A stretch of 64,000 nt of DNA from Promethearchaeota archaeon (GTDB lineage Archaea; Asgardarchaeota; Lokiarchaeia; Sigyniarchaeales; SOKP01). Below, piece by piece: positions 49,298 to 59,018 of this stretch. How positions within the stretch are numbered: the stretch's first letter is position 1; each line of letters begins with the position of its first letter. The notes below the pieces were generated by a model. That model was given only the letters and a program-made list of their open reading frames with translations, ran no database searches and was not told the origin of the DNA. Both the position numbers and the translations under genes were made by a program. The stretch is taken from contig JAGXNO010000005.1 in NCBI GenBank assembly GCA_019894975.1, positions 59,116-123,115 of the forward strand, in the 5' to 3' direction.

Positions 49298-50008
49298 TTG
49301 AGTAAAACATTTTATAGAAATAAGGGTTCTAAAGATAATCTGGTCCTCAGTATTGCTGGTGTTCATGGGATTGGTAAAACAACTGTCTTCAATCTTCTTA
49401 AGAAAATACTAAAGGATAATAATAAGTTTAAATTTTTTCCCGAACGATATGTAAAAAAACCCCCCTTTCCATTTGGATCTTCTGATAAACAGATTGGTTT
49501 TCGAAGTGAAATTCATTTTCTTCAACAACTCATTAAGAGAAATCAAAATATTGTAAATTTTGATAATAATTACAACGGAAGAATAATAATATTAGATAGA
49601 ACACCTTTATGTGTTTTAGTTTATTCTAAGAGTTTAAATTTAAAAGAGAAAGATTTTGCTCTAATTTTAGACACATATAATTCTATTAAATGGAAGGAGG
49701 ATTATATTATCTATTTAACTGCCGAAGCAGATACTATATTAAAGAGAATAACACAAAGAGGTTCACTCGATAAAATGAGAAAAGAGTGGAATGAAGATGA
49801 TAAAAACTATCTACTCACCATTGTATCTTATTATAAACAATTCTTATCAACCAAGACCAAAATTTTTCCAATAAACACCAATGATCTGACTTCGGATGAG
49901 GTAGTTATTGAAATTAAAAACATTATTACGAATTTATCAGATTATACTTTCGAAAAACTAGAGCAATCTTCCACTACTCAAATGAATCTAGATGAGTATC
50001 TAAAATAG
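49298..50008 (+). CDS. Deoxynucleoside/thymidylate kinase-family P-loop kinase
   Basis: IAGVHGIGKTT, PE, ILDRT, IYL.A....LKRI..RG. Confidence 0.75.
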   Translation: MSKTFYRNKGSKDNLVLSIAGVHGIGKTTVFNLLKKILKDNNKFKFFPERYVKKPPFPFGSSDKQIGFRSEIHFLQQLIKRNQNIVNFDNNYNGRIIILDRTPLCVLVYSKSLNLKEKDFALILDTYNSIKWKEDYIIYLTAEADTILKRITQRGSLDKMRKEWNEDDKNYLLTIVSYYKQFLSTKTKIFPINTNDLTSDEVVIEIKNIITNLSDYTFEKLEQSSTTQMNLDEYLK

Positions 50009-50105
50009 AATAAAGAAAAAATATATTAAAATAGTCTTTCTATTTATTATTAAATCTTAAAATAAAATCTTGTTTAAATCAAATTATCTTATAGAGGATT
50101 AACAT

Positions 50106-51068
50106 ATGTCGATGATTACTGATGATATCAGAGTAAAAATTATGTATGTATTAAAAGATGAAGAGGATAAAACTGATTTAGAAAATTTAGCAGTCTTATC
50201 TCGAGTAGGCATGAAAGAAGCGACAGCCACTTCTTCAGATTTAGATGCAGATGCAACATCCGCGTCTAGTACAGCTTTGATTGATTTAGGATTAAGATTA
50301 AATCAGGCTACAGATCATGGAGCGTTAACCGAAATAATTTTACATAATTCATCTGGGTATTGTATATTAGTTGCTATCAATGATGAATATATCGTATTTG
50401 GTGGATTAAGAGCTGTTGTTCGAATAGGATTTTATTTAGGGTATTTACGAGAATTGGCAAGAAAGCTAAATAGATTAATTTCTGGGGATCAAGAAACAGA
50501 AATGATGCTTTCTTTAGAGACGTCAGAACTGGAGAAAATTGAGAGACAAAAAATGGAGGAAGAGGCTGCAACCATAAAAAAACCTTCAGTTGAACAAGAT
50601 AAGGCAGCCCTAGATGATTTATTAGGATTCTTGGATGACTGGGAAAAACAAGGAGAATCTTTTGAAGAACTAGAATCCGAGGTAGAGAGTAATGTTGTTT
50701 CTATTCCTAAATCCATCGGACTTAGCATTGAACATGAAGTGAAAGAAACAGTAGATATTGCTCCTCCTCAAGCAGAAGAAAGTACCTCTGTTAAATCTCA
50801 AACACAATTTAAAGTTTATGATGATGAGGTTCCTCCTATTGCATTAGATGATTACACTCCAATGGAAATTGAGGATGAAATAACTTCTGATCAAAGTTCA
50901 CAAATAGAAGAACAACCTGAATTACCCTCCTTAGAAGAATTGGCTCCACCTGATTTTGATATAGAAACTTCTGCTTCTGAATACGATACGGAATATGTCC
51001 TGGAGAAGGAGTCCAGCACTTTAGGAAGTGTACTTAAGGATCTAGGCTGGGATCAGGAAGAAGATTAA
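50106..51068 (+). CDS. Roadblock/LC7-like domain protein with long acidic disordered tail
   Basis: LAVLSRVG..., GALTEIILHNSSGYCILVAINDEYIV roadblock pattern. The C-terminal ~190 aa are D/E/P/S-rich. Confidence 0.7.
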   Translation: MSMITDDIRVKIMYVLKDEEDKTDLENLAVLSRVGMKEATATSSDLDADATSASSTALIDLGLRLNQATDHGALTEIILHNSSGYCILVAINDEYIVFGGLRAVVRIGFYLGYLRELARKLNRLISGDQETEMMLSLETSELEKIERQKMEEEAATIKKPSVEQDKAALDDLLGFLDDWEKQGESFEELESEVESNVVSIPKSIGLSIEHEVKETVDIAPPQAEESTSVKSQTQFKVYDDEVPPIALDDYTPMEIEDEITSDQSSQIEEQPELPSLEELAPPDFDIETSASEYDTEYVLEKESSTLGSVLKDLGWDQEED

Positions 51069-51214
51069 ATAGGTTATTATTAAAAAATTAGAAAAACCGT
51101 ATTAGCCTAAGTTCTATATCTCAAAATAAATTTTACTTCTACCAATTTTATAAATGCATTTTGGGGCAAAATCAATAAAATACTAAATCAATGATTTACT
51201 ACATTCAATTATAA

Positions 51215-52573
51215 ATGATTTTTGACAAAATTTTACAAATCTATGATAAATATTATATCTGTTCTCATTGTTTAGGTCGGATGTTTTCCCTACTTGCTTC
51301 ACAAACAACAAATCAGAAGAGGGGAGAGTCCTTATTACTTTCGTTAACTATGGAAAATCATAGAGCATTTTTATCAAACAATAATCAAGAACAAGAAACA
51401 TCAATTATCAATTTAAAATTATTAGCAGAGAAGGCAAAATTTTTACCTGCTCAAAGTGTTTTAAAAATTGAAGGAATAGAATTTAAGATAGCTAATATTG
51501 ACCAACCTTGCTATTTATGTAATAATATATTTTTAGATATTGAACCCTATGGAAAAGAAGGTGTTGCTTTCCTTGCAGAAATTGAATTCAATAATTTTCT
51601 AATTGGTTCAACCCCAGAATCTCAAATAATAAACCGGGAAGATAGGTTTAAATCAGAATTTGGATTAATAGAAGCTGAATCTTTCAAAAGCCATTTTAAT
51701 CGCGTAGTGGGTAAATCATTAACTTATAAGCTTAATAAACCTCCTGAATTCAATAATCCTGACTTGTTAATAATTTACCACATTGGTTATGACTCATTTA
51801 ATATCAAGCTCACAATAAAATCTCTGTTTATCTTCGGGAGATACAATAAATTAATGAGAGGAATCCCCCAAACTCATTGGTACTGCCAAAAATGCATGGG
51901 AAAAGGATGTGAATTATGTAATTTTACGGGAAAACAATATTTAATAAGTGTGGAAGAACTAGTTAATCCAGAATTTATGAAAGAATCTCATGCTACGGAT
52001 TCTAAATTTCATGGTGCAGGAAGAGAAGACATAGATGTGAGGATGCTCGGACGAGGGAGACCATTCATCCTCGAATTAAGAAATCCTAAAATTCGTAAAT
52101 TAGATTTATTAAAGATAGAAAGCAAAACTAATAAAGGAAATAAGAAGAGAGTTAGGATTCAGAATCTCAGATATAGCAATAAAAAAGAGGTGATTAACCT
52201 TAAATCCGAAGCAAAGAATACTAGAAAAGTCTATAAGTCATTAGTACTGTCTGATGGTAAGCTATCCAAAGAAGAATTTAACGTAAAATTACGTGAGTTA
52301 AAATCTAGCATTGAGGATCAAGAAATACACCAAAGAACCCCGAATAGGGTTTCACATCGTCGTGCTGACAAAATTAGAGGAAAATTGGTTTATAAAATAG
52401 ACGGTAAGTATGTTAAACCCAATTTATTTGAATTTAAAATCCAAACTCAAGGAGGAACCTATATAAAGGAACTAATTAACGGTGATAATGGAAGAACTTC
52501 TCCCTCTTTTTCAGAGGTTTTTAAAATGCCTCTATTGTGTAAAGAATTAGATGTTTTAGAAATCTTAATCTAA
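51215..52573 (+). CDS. pus10: tRNA pseudouridine(54/55) synthase Pus10
   Basis: C.HCLGRMF, GRYNKL.RGIPQT.W, FHGAGREDIDVRMLG.GRPF, QRTP.RVSHRRAD, GGTYIKELI.GD.GRT.PS. Confidence 0.95.
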   Translation: MIFDKILQIYDKYYICSHCLGRMFSLLASQTTNQKRGESLLLSLTMENHRAFLSNNNQEQETSIINLKLLAEKAKFLPAQSVLKIEGIEFKIANIDQPCYLCNNIFLDIEPYGKEGVAFLAEIEFNNFLIGSTPESQIINREDRFKSEFGLIEAESFKSHFNRVVGKSLTYKLNKPPEFNNPDLLIIYHIGYDSFNIKLTIKSLFIFGRYNKLMRGIPQTHWYCQKCMGKGCELCNFTGKQYLISVEELVNPEFMKESHATDSKFHGAGREDIDVRMLGRGRPFILELRNPKIRKLDLLKIESKTNKGNKKRVRIQNLRYSNKKEVINLKSEAKNTRKVYKSLVLSDGKLSKEEFNVKLRELKSSIEDQEIHQRTPNRVSHRRADKIRGKLVYKIDGKYVKPNLFEFKIQTQGGTYIKELINGDNGRTSPSFSEVFKMPLLCKELDVLEILI

Positions 52574-52687
52574 AGTTGATAGAAATTAATTCAATTCCAT
52601 AAAATCAAAAAATAAATAAACTATTATACATATTTCTACTAAATAAATTGATTTATATTCATAGTACCAATTAAAAACACGAGCTGG

Positions 52688-52999
52688 TTGACTATCGTAA
52701 AACACCGCGGTTATAGAAAAAAAACTAGACAGAAACACAGGAAAAATGTTCGCGATAGAGGCTTAGGTTCAATCGAGAAATATTTAATTGATTATGATGT
52801 CAATGATAAGGTAGATATTATAACTGATCCCTCACAACATAAACGAGGGATGCCAAATCGTAGATATCACGGGCGCACGGGTACAGTTACAGGCCAAAGG
52901 GGCCGTTGTTATTTAGTAGAGGTAAAATTAGGAAATTCAACCAAGACTCTTATAGTTGGTAAAGAACACCTTAGATTAAATCCTGTTTCTGTAAAATAA
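52688..52999 (+). CDS. rpl21e: 50S ribosomal protein L21e
   Basis: GYRKKTR, DKVDI..DPS.HK.GMP.RRYHGRTG.V, EHL. Confidence 0.95.
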   Translation: MTIVKHRGYRKKTRQKHRKNVRDRGLGSIEKYLIDYDVNDKVDIITDPSQHKRGMPNRRYHGRTGTVTGQRGRCYLVEVKLGNSTKTLIVGKEHLRLNPVSVK

Positions 53000-53018
53000 A
53001 ATAGAAATCAATATAGGA

Positions 53019-53390
53019 ATGATTATGTCTGGAAGAAAAAAAGACGAAAGAGCGGTTTCAATCCCTGAAGTGAAAGAAATAATGGAATATGTAAAGGAAC
53101 AAATGGAAGAAATCGATAAAGAGGAGGGAATGTCGCATTTTCAAGAAATTACATATAATTATGTGAATCGATTTGCGAAAACAGATGTTAAAAAAGCAAA
53201 AAAAATCACAGACTTTCTACAAAAGAAATACGAGATTGAAGAAATTTACGCGATTAATATCGTAAATATTGATCCACAAACAGTTCCAGAGCTTCGTATA
53301 ATATTAGAAAAATCATTTACTGGCAAAACCTTCAATGATAAGCAACTTGAAATTATCATCCAAGAAATAGAAGAAATTAAATCCTCTTAG
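53019..53390 (+). CDS. rpoF: RNA polymerase subunit Rpo4 (RpoF)
   Basis: VSIPEVKEI, Q.ITYNY..RF, AINIVNI.P.T..ELR.IL. Conserved position after rpl21e. Confidence 0.88.
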   Translation: MIMSGRKKDERAVSIPEVKEIMEYVKEQMEEIDKEEGMSHFQEITYNYVNRFAKTDVKKAKKITDFLQKKYEIEEIYAINIVNIDPQTVPELRIILEKSFTGKTFNDKQLEIIIQEIEEIKSS

Positions 53391-53520
53391 TTTTGATCGA
53401 AGAATTTATAAATCTATGTTGTTTTAAGTCTAATGAGCACTCCAACTCATTAGGTAGTTTATAAAAATAAAATTTTTGAAATGTATTTCGGAAAAGTAAA
53501 AATTAGAGTTATTAGTAATA

Positions 53521-54162
53521 ATGGAAAGAAGAGATCGATACAGAGGTCCTCCTCGGAGAAGAGGTTATCAAAGTGGTCCCAAAAAGAAAAAGCAATTTAT
53601 AAAAAAATTTCGGGAAATTGTAGTCTTAGATCTTCTTTTCCATGGCCATCCCGAAGAAGATAGACCCAGTTGGTCAAAATCTCCGCTAGCCCAGGTTCTT
53701 ACCTTTCCGGATTTTGTTCTTTATGAAGTTAAAATGAACAAAAATTCTTCTATTCGAGTCCAAGAGAAAAAAACTTATGAGGAATTTATAAACGAACACG
53801 AATTAGGAGAAGTCGTGAAGAAGATTGATTTTAATGACTTAACTAGCACGTCAAAAGCTTTAATTCAACCAATTCTGGAAAAAGAAGTTTTAGACTTCGA
53901 GGAGGAATTTATCAACTTCTTTAATAACTCTCCCTCAATTACCCCTCGGATGCATGCTTTAAAATTATTGCCCGGAATAGGCCAAAAACATATGTGGGAG
54001 ATTCTTGAAGCAAGAGATCGGCAAAAATTTGTAACATTTCAAGACATTGCGGATAGAACAAGCATTTCAAACCCCGCAAAACTTATTGCTCAAAGAGTTA
54101 TTAAAGAACTCCAACGAGATGTAAAATATTACCTTTTCAGTAAAACTCAAAAATATGAATAA
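53521..54162 (+). CDS. DUF655 putative RNA-binding protein
   Basis: VVLD.L.HG, FINFFN.S..IT.RMH.L.LLPGIG.K, F..F.DI..R. Conserved gene order rpoF-DUF655-rsmA. Confidence 0.9.
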   Translation: MERRDRYRGPPRRRGYQSGPKKKKQFIKKFREIVVLDLLFHGHPEEDRPSWSKSPLAQVLTFPDFVLYEVKMNKNSSIRVQEKKTYEEFINEHELGEVVKKIDFNDLTSTSKALIQPILEKEVLDFEEEFINFFNNSPSITPRMHALKLLPGIGQKHMWEILEARDRQKFVTFQDIADRTSISNPAKLIAQRVIKELQRDVKYYLFSKTQKYE

Positions 54163-54167
54163 ATAAG

Positions 54168-55004
54168 ATGGATTTTAAAGCTCTGCAACGAATATTTAAT
54201 CAATTGGATTTCAAACCAAAAAAACATCTTGGTCAAAATTTTATAATTGATACAAATATTATACACAAAATTATTAACTTATCCGACATTTCCCGCGAGG
54301 ACGTTGTCTTAGAAATCGGACCAGGATTCGGTAGTCTTACAGATTTATTAGTAGAAAAAGCCAAGAAAGTATATGCCGTTGAAGTTGATCCTGTTCTTAG
54401 CAAATATCTTGAAGAAAAATACTCAATTCATAATAACATTGAAATTATTCCCGATGATATCTTAAAAGCTGAAATACCTCTTCATACTAAAGTTGTATCT
54501 AATATTCCCTACAAGATAACTGGACCTATTTTAGAAACCATATTTTATAAAAAAAATCCCCCTCAAGGGATATTAACCATTGAAAATAGTATAGCTGTAA
54601 GATTATTTTTGTCACAAAATTACAAAAATTTATCCAGAATTAGTATTGGGTTAAATACTTTTATGAAACCAATATCTAAATATGTAATCCCCCGAGCTAG
54701 TTTTTATCCAATTCCAAAAATAGACCTTGCTCTTATCAAACTTATTCCTAAGGAAAATTTAGATCCTAGTTTGCATGAGCAAGAATCAATAAAATTGTAT
54801 TTAAAGCTCATTGCGGGCATTATGCCATATAAAAATAAAAACATTGTGAATGCTTTACATCTTTTTTTCAAAGTTAACAAGAATAAAACTTTTACCAAAG
54901 AAAAAATCCGAAAATTGTTACAACAAAACAACTTTGAAAATGAGAAATTATTCAATTACAAAATCGATGAATTTGTTGAATTAAGCAAAATTTTTTCAAC
55001 CTGA
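54168..55004 (+). CDS. rsmA: 16S rRNA adenine dimethyltransferase KsgA/Dim1
   Basis: KKHLGQNF, VLEIGPG.G.LT, VVSNIPY.IT, FYP.PKID. Confidence 0.94.
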   Translation: MDFKALQRIFNQLDFKPKKHLGQNFIIDTNIIHKIINLSDISREDVVLEIGPGFGSLTDLLVEKAKKVYAVEVDPVLSKYLEEKYSIHNNIEIIPDDILKAEIPLHTKVVSNIPYKITGPILETIFYKKNPPQGILTIENSIAVRLFLSQNYKNLSRISIGLNTFMKPISKYVIPRASFYPIPKIDLALIKLIPKENLDPSLHEQESIKLYLKLIAGIMPYKNKNIVNALHLFFKVNKNKTFTKEKIRKLLQQNNFENEKLFNYKIDEFVELSKIFST

Positions 55005-55025
55005 CCTAACATTACAGAGGTTTCG

Positions 55026-55718
55026 ATTACAATTAAAAACATACCCGATCCTTTAATTCAATGCGACTTTGAAAATGTATACTATCCCTCAGATGACTCA
55101 TATTTATTGATTGATTACTTTAGAAGAAATATTGATAATACTTTTTTTGATAGGATTAAATTAGAAGATATTGACACCATATTAGATATGGGTACCGGAA
55201 CGGGTATTATCGCTATTTTCTTACAGCATTTTAAATCCCTTAATTCAAATTTCAATCCTAGAATATTTGCTTCTGATATTCTGAAAGAATCAATTAAATG
55301 TGCTAAAAATAATGAAAGGTTAAATCAAAGCAGCAGCAAAATTATCTATTTACAATCAGACCTTTTTCTTTCTTTCCCTAAATCCTTGAGATCAACATTT
55401 AATATCATTATTTTTAATCCCCCTTATTTACCCTCTTTACCTAAAATTGAAGAACAATTACCTAAAAAGAAAATTGATCATAGTTGGGATGGAGGTCTCA
55501 AAGGGATTGAAATAATAATTGATTTTCTTAAAGATGTCAAGAATTTCCTAAATTTAAATAAAGCCCATTACATCTATTTTATTAGTTCTAATAGATGCAA
55601 ATTAGATGAACTAGAAACTCAAATTATAAATCTTGGATTTAAGCATGAAAAATTAGAAAAAACCCATATATTCTTTGAAGATATAATACTAAACCGATTA
55701 CAATACATCCCTGGTTAA
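55026..55718 (+). CDS. HemK2/Mtq2-family release-factor glutamine methyltransferase (start uncertain, upstream of the tracked 55107)
   Basis: The family N-terminal motif VYYPSDDSYLL lies upstream of the tracked TTG. LDMGTGTG, SDLF, FNPPYLP, WDGG..G. Confidence 0.85.
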   Translation: MTIKNIPDPLIQCDFENVYYPSDDSYLLIDYFRRNIDNTFFDRIKLEDIDTILDMGTGTGIIAIFLQHFKSLNSNFNPRIFASDILKESIKCAKNNERLNQSSSKIIYLQSDLFLSFPKSLRSTFNIIIFNPPYLPSLPKIEEQLPKKKIDHSWDGGLKGIEIIIDFLKDVKNFLNLNKAHYIYFISSNRCKLDELETQIINLGFKHEKLEKTHIFFEDIILNRLQYIPG

Positions 55719-56995
55719 AAAGGTCTTCGATTTCTTCGTTTTTCTAAAAGCGATATACCGTCCAAGTGTAAATTCCTAGTAAGATTATTTAAAAGAAGAT
55801 TAACTTCATGTTGTTTAAAAACAGCACGTTTATGCGCTTCAATTTGAGGAATAGGTAACCCGTAGTGTTCATTTAAGCCCGATATTGGAAGTAAAATTGA
55901 AGAAATTAAATCTGCTTTTTCAGAAGCTTTTTCAATAGAATCTTGTTCATCCATGAAAAATTCAATTCTACAAGGCATATCAAATTTAGTTGTTTTAAGA
56001 TAAAATGCATAAAAATCTAGAGGGAAATAATAAGGTATTTCCTTTTTTATCCCCGTATCTCTTATTTTATCGATTTCTCTTTTACAATTAAAGATGCAGC
56101 TTCTTTCAGACTTTTTCAGTAGTCTGTTAAATAAATCAATATCAGAGAAATAACCAATAATTTCTCTATAGTTTAATTTAATAAAATCACTTAATTTTGA
56201 GTAACTTGGTTTTAGTAATTGAATTGATTCACATAGAAGATTAGCTAGTGCCGAAGTTCTTGTATCTTTAATTGAACCAATTAGGATAATCCCCCTTTCT
56301 TTACAATTTGTGTATAATTTATGATATTCTTTCAATAACCTATCATATTTTTTCGATATTTCAGGATCTTTGGAAAATAATAGATTTATTGGCATAATGA
56401 CAATAGAGCCGTCTATTATTATGAAATCAATGTTATCCGATCTATTTATCATTTCATTAAGTAAATTGATTTCAATATATGTCATATCCATAGAAACATT
56501 GGTATCAACAGTATTTTCATCCCGATTAAAAAAACTTCCTTGAACGAAGTAATTATTAAAACCCGTTAAGTCTGGAAAATATTCGATATTTGCTATATGA
56601 CTTTCCTTGAAATAATATTTTACAGCAATTGCCTTCAAGAATGAAAAATCTACATTCATGAATCTCTTTGTTACTGAACTACCATCAACACTTACCACAT
56701 TTAAACCTCTTAAATTTGCGGAGGTGACCGATTTCTTTATACAAGTCTCTTTAATATAGAACTTAGGGTATTTAATGAAGTCTGTAAAATATAATCCTTC
56801 TAAATTATCCAGTATGACGTTTGTGAATGATTTTTTTAATTGCTCAACATCAAAGAATTCTTTAGCAATTACTTTTAGGTCTTTTAGTAAGATCTCTTCT
56901 TTTGTTGATCCAAAAGTACTCTTTAGCGTCCTTCTATCCTTAGAACCCGGTAATTTGCCATTATTAAGTCTGATTGGGTTTTCTCTTATTGTCAT
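55715..56995 (-). CDS. nurA: NurA-domain nuclease
   Basis: VSVDGS, YIE, IIDGSI, GSIKD, YGLP.PQIEAHKRA, C-terminal RR.RRPF. Confidence 0.8.
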   Translation of the reverse strand: MTIRENPIRLNNGKLPGSKDRRTLKSTFGSTKEEILLKDLKVIAKEFFDVEQLKKSFTNVILDNLEGLYFTDFIKYPKFYIKETCIKKSVTSANLRGLNVVSVDGSSVTKRFMNVDFSFLKAIAVKYYFKESHIANIEYFPDLTGFNNYFVQGSFFNRDENTVDTNVSMDMTYIEINLLNEMINRSDNIDFIIIDGSIVIMPINLLFSKDPEISKKYDRLLKEYHKLYTNCKERGIILIGSIKDTRTSALANLLCESIQLLKPSYSKLSDFIKLNYREIIGYFSDIDLFNRLLKKSERSCIFNCKREIDKIRDTGIKKEIPYYFPLDFYAFYLKTTKFDMPCRIEFFMDEQDSIEKASEKADLISSILLPISGLNEHYGLPIPQIEAHKRAVFKQHEVNLLLNNLTRNLHLDGISLLEKRRNRRPF

Positions 56996-57089
56996 TAAGA
57001 GAACTTAAAAATGGAGTTAATAATAATAATAATGAGATATATAATTTTTTGATTTTTTGGATTAAAATAAAATCGTGTTTTAGTATATC

Positions 57090-57731
57090 ATGGTTGTACA
57101 ATTAGGAAAAAATCCTTGGTTGTTAATAGGGCTGATTTTTATAGAAGCTCTTTTTGTACTTGCCCCCGCATTCATATCTAGTAAAATTGAGAAAAAGTCT
57201 TTTAAAGAATTATTATCAGAGATGGGATTTCGGAAAAATGAAGATATTTACATAAAAATCATAGTAGGGTTAAATATCGGCATTATCTTTTTCTTTTTTG
57301 GGGATCTTCTCATCCTATTTATTAGAAATATAATTATAGAAAATATATTTGGTTCTAGATTTATACAAGAAGGGCAAGAAGGAGCAATCACTACTATGCC
57401 AATTCAACCAAATGTAATTCAAATAATTATACTTATTCTGTTACAAATAATTATAATAGGTCCATGCGAGGAGGCTTTTTTTAGGGGTTTTCTTATTAAT
57501 AAAATTAAATCCAATGTAAAGATCCCTTATTTAATAACAATCTCATCGATCATTTTCGCATTTTATCATGTTCCCCCTTTTTTAGTGCCTTTGACAACGA
57601 TCATTACTTATTTTGGATATTACTTTATATTTGGTGTATTATTAGCATTGATTTTTATATACTTTGATTATTCTTTAATCCCATGTACAATAACTCACTC
57701 TTTATTTAACATTCTTCTTCTGTTGATTTGA
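57090..57731 (+). CDS. CPBP-family (Rce1/Abi-like) intramembrane glutamic protease
   Basis: Intact EEAFFRG, FAFYH and HSLFN motifs. Confidence 0.88.
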   Translation: MVVQLGKNPWLLIGLIFIEALFVLAPAFISSKIEKKSFKELLSEMGFRKNEDIYIKIIVGLNIGIIFFFFGDLLILFIRNIIIENIFGSRFIQEGQEGAITTMPIQPNVIQIIILILLQIIIIGPCEEAFFRGFLINKIKSNVKIPYLITISSIIFAFYHVPPFLVPLTTIITYFGYYFIFGVLLALIFIYFDYSLIPCTITHSLFNILLLLI

Positions 57732-57877
57732 TTTGTGTTATATATGAGATAATAAATTTTAAATAAACAAAAATTAATTAATATTAGGTCTATTAATATC
57801 ATAAAGCTATGATTAAGCTTTTAAAATTGCAATACTCCTAAAACCTTAGAGCAGAGCTCAAGGCGTGTTAACCGTTA

Positions 57878-58402
57878 ATGAGAATGACAGAATACGATTT
57901 CACATTTAAATTAATGATGTTAGGGGATGCTTCAGTGGGTAAAACATCACTGACTCTTAGATATATCTCAGGATACTTTATGCAAGATTTAAAACTAACT
58001 TTAGGTGTTGATTTCTATTCTAAAACAACACAATACAACAGTAAAACTATTAAATTACAAATCTGGGACTTTGGTGGTGAAGAACGATTCAGATTTCTAC
58101 TTTCTCAATACAGTAAAGGAGCAAATGGAGCCTTCTTCTTATATGATATAACAAATCCTATGAGTCTAGAACATTTACCTGATTGGACACAAATCGTGAG
58201 AGAGAACGCGGGAGATATCCCTATAATGCTTATCGGTTCAAAAAAAGATCTAGATGAATTTCGAGCAGTTCCACGCGAAGAAGGGATACAAGCTGCAAAA
58301 AAATACAATTTAGCTTCATTTCTTGAATTATCTTCTAAAACTGGGGAAAATGTCGAGAAAGCTTTTGATGTTTTGAATGAATTCCTTTTTGAGGATTATT
58401 AG
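57878..58402 (+). CDS. Rab-like small GTPase
   Basis: FKLMMLGDASVGKTSL, TLGVDF, LQIWDFGGEERFR, GSKKD, ELSSKTGENV. No C-terminal Cys. Confidence 0.92.
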   Translation: MRMTEYDFTFKLMMLGDASVGKTSLTLRYISGYFMQDLKLTLGVDFYSKTTQYNSKTIKLQIWDFGGEERFRFLLSQYSKGANGAFFLYDITNPMSLEHLPDWTQIVRENAGDIPIMLIGSKKDLDEFRAVPREEGIQAAKKYNLASFLELSSKTGENVEKAFDVLNEFLFEDY

Positions 58403-58493
58403 TACCTTATTATTTCTTGCCTTATATCAAATTTTAATGACTTTACAGATTATAATAAAATAATTTAAATTCAATAAGATGAAAGGGAATAAT

Positions 58494-59018
58494 ATGAACA
58501 ATGAAGAACCACCAAGACCTGCTGGAATAGATATAAAAATTAACGCACCTCAAATAGATACTGTCGACATTTATGATAACCACATTAATTTAAACGATCT
58601 TCTTAACGACTTTAATGGTGTTTTAATAGATTTTTTTCGAGGAAACTGGTGAAGTCATTGCAAGAAACATTTAAAACTATTGACAGAGAATTTATCAGAA
58701 TTTAAAAAACGTAAAATAAAACTTCTATCAATTGCAAGCGATAGTGCTAGGTTATTGAAATTATTTAAAGAAGACAACAATTTTGAAGTCGATATGATAT
58801 CTGATCGCGGTGCAAAAATAGCTAAAGAATATGGTGTTTACTGGTATGCTCCTGGAGGAGGAAAAGACTATAAAATAAAGCAGGCTGTTCCAAGTAAATT
58901 TTTAATTAATAAAGATGGGATTATTGTATGGAAATATATTGGTAAAGATAAAACTGATAGACCTTCCATTGAAATGATGACATCTATTATTGATAAGTAT
59001 ATTCAAAATCCCAATTAA
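58494..59018 (+). CDS. Peroxiredoxin-like (AhpC/TSA) selenoprotein with UxxC active site
   Basis: One frame from ATG 58494 (alternative ATG 58479) to TAA 59016-59018 with a single TGA at 58650-58652 in FFRGNW-U-SHC. Downstream Prx-like motifs ISD...IAKEYGV and PSKFLINKDG.IVW.YIG..DRP. SECIS-like hairpin follows. Confidence 0.9.

Noticed and set aside
55002-55004. rsmA TGA as a selenocysteine codon
   Set aside because: It is not in a Cys-type motif, RsmA is complete at this point, and no SECIS-like hairpin was seen after the HemK2 gene.
57844-57863. Small hairpin CCTT-A-GAGC-AGA-GCTC-AAGG upstream of the Rab-like gene
   Set aside because: Only 8 bp with a bulge and a 3-nt loop, and no other support.
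58680-59018. Tracked 112-aa ORF as a complete gene, or as a pseudogene
   Set aside because: It lacks the active site. It is better explained as the 3' part of a UGA-recoded selenoprotein with a SECIS.
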